DNA of 64,000 nucleotides from Gammaproteobacteria bacterium (GTDB lineage Bacteria; Pseudomonadota; Gammaproteobacteria; GCA-001735895): NCBI GenBank assembly GCA_050288105.1, contig JBNKDE010000013.1, positions 3,519 to 67,518 of the forward strand, read 5' to 3'. Shown piece by piece: positions 60,277 to 64,000 of this stretch (position 1 is its first letter; each line of letters starts with the position of its first letter). The notes under the pieces were generated by a model. It saw only the letters and a program-made list of their open reading frames with translations, ran no database searches and was not told where the DNA came from. The position numbers and the translations under genes were made by a program.

Positions 60277-62250
60277 TCATTCGGCTAGCGGATGCAATCC
60301 AAAACCCATCTGTTCCAGTTCAGCGCGCGCTTCCGGTTCTTTCAACAGGGCGATAAAGCGCTGTATCTGCGCACTGTCCCAGCGTGATTCGGGGACAGCA
60401 AAATCATAGTGCTCCTGCTGCATAGGTATAAAGGACAGGCCATACATATTGGCTACCGTATCTATCGCAACCCCCCAGTCGGCACGACCCTGTGCTACTG
60501 CAGTGGCCACTGCGTTATGGGATTTGGTTTGCACGGCATATCCCGCCGGCTGAGCGCCATTTAATAACTGATCGATTAATACACGTGTGCCACTGCCTGC
60601 ATTCCGATTGACCATAATGCAATCAGGGTCGGCGAGGGCGGCAGCTACCGCCTGTTGCGGATCACTGGCCTGATTAAAACGCGTATCATCGGGTCTAAAG
60701 ACAAACCCCTGTAGACGCAGGTAACCCGGTATCAGGCGCATGCCGGGTTCCAGATAGGGACGGTTATATTCGCCGCTATCAGGATCCATTAAATGGATAC
60801 CAGCCAGATCGCATTCGCCGCGACGTACCGCAGCCAGGCCACCCTGGCTGCCAACGTGCATGGATTTAGTACTCATTCCCTCGCGCTGCAGCCTGCGCAG
60901 CAGCAGATCCAGGCCGACACAGTGGCTGCCGATACTGACGAGGTCCGCTGGTGCCAGCCTGCGCGATAACAGATGCACGGTGACTGGCGTGCCGGTGGGG
61001 AGTTGCTCGCTGGCAGCGTCAATCTGTATAAAACCGTCGGCTTTACTGAAGGCTGTCACTGCACCAGAGTTCTTGCCCATAGGATAAGCTGCGTATCCCT
61101 GCTTGCTGCGCATGAGTCCGACCATCAGGTATTCGGTACGCCCACGCTCCGAGCTGACACGAACCGCAAGTTCAGCGCTGACCTGCTCCTGCGCTTCTTC
61201 TGGCATACCGGCCATGATACGCAACATGGGCGCGACAAACTGTTGAAAGGTGAAGATGGCAGAAGTTGGGAAGCCGGGTAGAATGACTACAGGTTTGTGA
61301 TCAGTAACCGCCAGGCACAGGGGTTTACCGGGCTTTATCGCGACTCCGTGTACCACGATGCCGGGGTCGGAGAGTGCGCTGACTACTTCGTAAGTCAAGT
61401 CACCAGCTCCCTTTGAGGTGCCGCCTGAAAGGATTACTGCGTCGGCCTCCAGGCCTTGTTGCAGGATCTGCTGTTGTGCTTCCAGTACATCGGGTACTGC
61501 GCCCAGGCGGATGGCTTCACAGCCCAGCTCTTCTACCGTTGCCGCCACAATGGCCTGGTTGCTGTCATATACCCCGCCCTTGATCATGGGTTTTCCGGGT
61601 TGCACCAGTTCATCGCCGGTAGAGATGATGGCGACCCGAGGTTTGCGATAAACCATAACCTGATCGAGGCCAATCGCTGCAAGTTGGCCGATATCGCGTG
61701 AGGTTAACAGTTGGCCGCTGCGCAGTACCGTTTCACCACGTCCGATATCTGTACCAGCAAAGGTGATGAAAGCGCCTGCAGGTATGGCTTTTTCAATTTT
61801 TACCCATTGTTTGCCATCTGCTTCGACTAGCTCCGTGTTCTCAACCAGCATGACCGCGTCAGCACCGCGCGGTAACATGCCCCCGGTTGCGATGACACTG
61901 GCACAACCGTTTTGTACGGTTAGTTGAGGTGGGCGTCCGGGGGTAATGATTTCATCGCTGAGCTCGAGTAACAGCGGTGTTTCCTCGTTCGCACCCAGTG
62001 TATCGAGGGCGCGTAGTGCAAATCCATCTACATTGGAGCGGTCAAAACCGGGTACGTCTACCGGCGATTCGATATCCGCTGCAAGCACCCGACCCAGAGC
62101 CCGTTCCAGCGCTACCTGTTCCGTGCCCAGCGGTGCTGGTTGTAACGCGGCGCGAAATCGCTGTATTGCTTCATCAGCGCTGGCAACATCCAGAAACTGG
62201 CGCTGACTGGCGGCTTTACGTCGCGACATCATATCTTTTACATCAGTCAT
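60277..62250 (-). CDS. moeA: MoeA-family molybdopterin molybdenum/tungsten-transferase fused to C-terminal PBP-like domain
   Basis: MoeA N-terminal and MoCF-biosynthesis domains in the first ~400 aa, then a ~250 aa periplasmic-binding-protein-like domain. Confidence 0.75.
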   Translation of the reverse strand: MTDVKDMMSRRKAASQRQFLDVASADEAIQRFRAALQPAPLGTEQVALERALGRVLAADIESPVDVPGFDRSNVDGFALRALDTLGANEETPLLLELSDEIITPGRPPQLTVQNGCASVIATGGMLPRGADAVMLVENTELVEADGKQWVKIEKAIPAGAFITFAGTDIGRGETVLRSGQLLTSRDIGQLAAIGLDQVMVYRKPRVAIISTGDELVQPGKPMIKGGVYDSNQAIVAATVEELGCEAIRLGAVPDVLEAQQQILQQGLEADAVILSGGTSKGAGDLTYEVVSALSDPGIVVHGVAIKPGKPLCLAVTDHKPVVILPGFPTSAIFTFQQFVAPMLRIMAGMPEEAQEQVSAELAVRVSSERGRTEYLMVGLMRSKQGYAAYPMGKNSGAVTAFSKADGFIQIDAASEQLPTGTPVTVHLLSRRLAPADLVSIGSHCVGLDLLLRRLQREGMSTKSMHVGSQGGLAAVRRGECDLAGIHLMDPDSGEYNRPYLEPGMRLIPGYLRLQGFVFRPDDTRFNQASDPQQAVAAALADPDCIMVNRNAGSGTRVLIDQLLNGAQPAGYAVQTKSHNAVATAVAQGRADWGVAIDTVANMYGLSFIPMQQEHYDFAVPESRWDSAQIQRFIALLKEPEARAELEQMGFGLHPLAE

Positions 62251-62283
62251 ATTGGGGCTCTCTATGGCATTTATTATTAGTGT

Positions 62284-63435
62284 TTACTCGTCATATAAAT
62301 ACACCTCTACCTCGCTACCTTCGGCGTAGCCTTCGCTGTTTTCGGGCAGGAGCACAAATCCGTCTGCGCGCACGCTGCTGGAAAGCAGACGGTCATCGGC
62401 GACTGCCAGCGGTTCCGCAAACGATTGCTGGATACGCATGCGCGCCAGTTCCAGCTGGCCGATACGCGACACCAGTTTACGTGACAGGGTAAATGTTTTG
62501 CGGGTATAGGGTAGCGGATCTCGTTTTTCTGCCATGCGCCGTAGCAGGCGTGCGGCTATCAGGTCATAGGCGCACAGGCAGGATAGCGGCGAGCCCGGTA
62601 ATATCAGGATCGGTTTGCCTTTAATCTGTCCCATTACGGTCCCGCCACCAGGGTGGATAGTGACACCATCCAGGTCGATCTGACCACAGTCATGCAGTGA
62701 CTTGACGGCAAAGTCGTTATCACCGTAACCGCCACTGCCTACGATAAGGATCAGGTCAGCACCGGATTCACCAAGATGCTGGCTAAGTGACTGCGGGTTA
62801 GATACAGAATACTGCGCAATCAGTTCAGCGCCATCACGTGCGATGAGGTCTGTCAGCATAATGCCGTCGGCTTCATGCGGAAAACTTCCGGCCAGGATCA
62901 GGTGAACCCGTGGTTTGCACCTGACCCTGACCTGGGTAATCCCCGCTAGCGCCAGTCTGGACAGGTCCTGCGGCCTTAGTCGGCGTCCGGCTTCCATTAA
63001 GGACTGCGACTGCGCGCACTCTTCTCCCTGCTGAATGACGCCTTCGCCTGCGGCCACGCTGGCAGAGACGTCGATAAAGTGCTGCCTGGATTCAACCTGC
63101 TGCAGTGATAGCACTGCGTCGGCTGCTGCGGGCAGTGGGTCACCCGTGCATACCCTGACTGCATGACCGGGCAGTAGCGCCTGTCCCATGTCTGCCAGCC
63201 TGAGTGGTAGCGGGTTGTAGTCTCCAGCCCCCAGCGTGTCTGCAGCAATCACCGCATAGCCGTTACGCACACATAGCGCCTGCGCCGGGATATCCGCTTT
63301 AGCAATAAGCGGCTGCGCAAGCAGGTAGCCACCTGCCTGCGCCAGTGCAATGTCAACCGTCTCAGATAGGCGCGGCCATTGATCTATCCAGTCGAAGGCT
63401 TGCCGAGTTGATGCAGGTGAAAAGTAACGATTCAT
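62284..63435 (-). CDS. moeA: MoeA-family molybdopterin molybdotransferase (second paralog)
   Basis: About 384 aa with MoeA N/MoCF domains (GGTVMG...ILPGSP). Start set at MNRYFSPAS. Confidence 0.75.
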   Translation of the reverse strand: MNRYFSPASTRQAFDWIDQWPRLSETVDIALAQAGGYLLAQPLIAKADIPAQALCVRNGYAVIAADTLGAGDYNPLPLRLADMGQALLPGHAVRVCTGDPLPAAADAVLSLQQVESRQHFIDVSASVAAGEGVIQQGEECAQSQSLMEAGRRLRPQDLSRLALAGITQVRVRCKPRVHLILAGSFPHEADGIMLTDLIARDGAELIAQYSVSNPQSLSQHLGESGADLILIVGSGGYGDNDFAVKSLHDCGQIDLDGVTIHPGGGTVMGQIKGKPILILPGSPLSCLCAYDLIAARLLRRMAEKRDPLPYTRKTFTLSRKLVSRIGQLELARMRIQQSFAEPLAVADDRLLSSSVRADGFVLLPENSEGYAEGSEVEVYLYDE

Positions 63436-63694
63436 AGTGGCGCGACGCTGGTAGTTATTGTGTTTAGATCTAGATTGAGAAAACCGTAACAACAGTTGGC
63501 TGCAAGATCAATCTTTACCGCTTGTCTGGAAATCAGACGAAGTATTTAAGCTGATCAGGTATTTAAAACGCTCTGGATCAATTACAATCCAGCTCCAGCT
63601 TGTTGTCGAGTAAAAGTAGACTATTATAAATGCTTGTAACCAGCTGCACCTTCTTCTCAATGCCCATCAAAAATGAGGCCTTAGATATTTCAAC

Positions 63695-64000
63695 ATGATG
63701 GTTCGATTCTTAGCTCTAGTGATTCTTTCGCTATCGATGCCCTGTATTGCATTGGCGGATGAGCAATTAACACCAGTGTCGTTACAACTTAAATGGAAGC
63801 ATGCATTTCAGTTCGCCGGGTTTTATATCGCAAAGGAGAAGGGGTTTTATAAAAAGGCCGGGCTGGAAGTGGAAATCAGGGAGACGGCGGCGGATACCGA
63901 TCCGGTAGCCGAGGTGATGTCAGGTCGAGCAACCTTTGGTGTCAGTGATTCAGCGCTGGTTGAGAACTGGTTAAATGGGGAGCAGGTGATTGCACTGGCA
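63695..64000 (+). CDS. ABC substrate-binding protein (NMT1/SsuA/ThiY-like), 3'-partial
   Basis: Signal peptide MMVRFLALVILSLSMPCIALA followed by LKWKHAFQFAGFYIAKEKGFY. Runs off the window. Confidence 0.6.
   Translation, partial: MMVRFLALVILSLSMPCIALADEQLTPVSLQLKWKHAFQFAGFYIAKEKGFYKKAGLEVEIRETAADTDPVAEVMSGRATFGVSDSALVENWLNGEQVIALA

Overview
The window reads as gammaproteobacterial chromosome with about 50% GC. Core metabolism is dense but interleaved with many interspersed repeats and several small accessory islets.

Recognisable content:
- a partial P-type cation ATPase at the 5' edge
- a 2-methylcitrate cycle locus split in two: GntR regulator-acnD-prpF at 2.7-7.3 kb and prpE-prpB-prpC at 20.9-24.8 kb, followed by an RraA-family gene and aceK
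- a LysR regulator divergent from a tautomerase-GST pair
- creBCD
- a DinB-like gene
- a cyanase gene (cynS) divergent from an NrtA/CynA-type ABC importer
- a sigma-54/GAF enhancer-binding protein sitting between two sigma-54 promoters, the second driving OsmC, an acyl-CoA-dehydrogenase-fold protein, DUF302 and a rubredoxin/rubredoxin-reductase fusion
- mntP, benE, a patatin, fbaB, a PAS-GGDEF-EAL protein, tas, and two tandem moeA paralogs, one fused to a PBP-like domain

The less ordinary parts:
1. A ~300-340 bp structured repeat family in five copies: E1 at 2219-2556, 8461-8745 and 50108-50443, and the related E2 at 8181-8455 and 43481-43780. Compensatory base changes across copies preserve long-range helices, and an in-frame ~70-codon ORF is conserved in all three E1 copies.
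2. Eight or more MITE/REP-like elements whose inverted ends are built from CACAGAG/CACGGAG heptamers, plus a second co-occurring module.
3. An insertion carrying an orphan secreted protein, flanked by 3'-end remnants of a second prpC and a second LysR gene.
4. An AT-rich PPPDE-peptidase plus HDAC-family gene pair.
5. A Panacea-domain (PanA-like) gene overlapping a small two-TM-segment protein gene.
6. An alpha/beta-hydrolase plus lipoprotein pair.

No rRNA, tRNA, CRISPR array, transposase or integrase was found.
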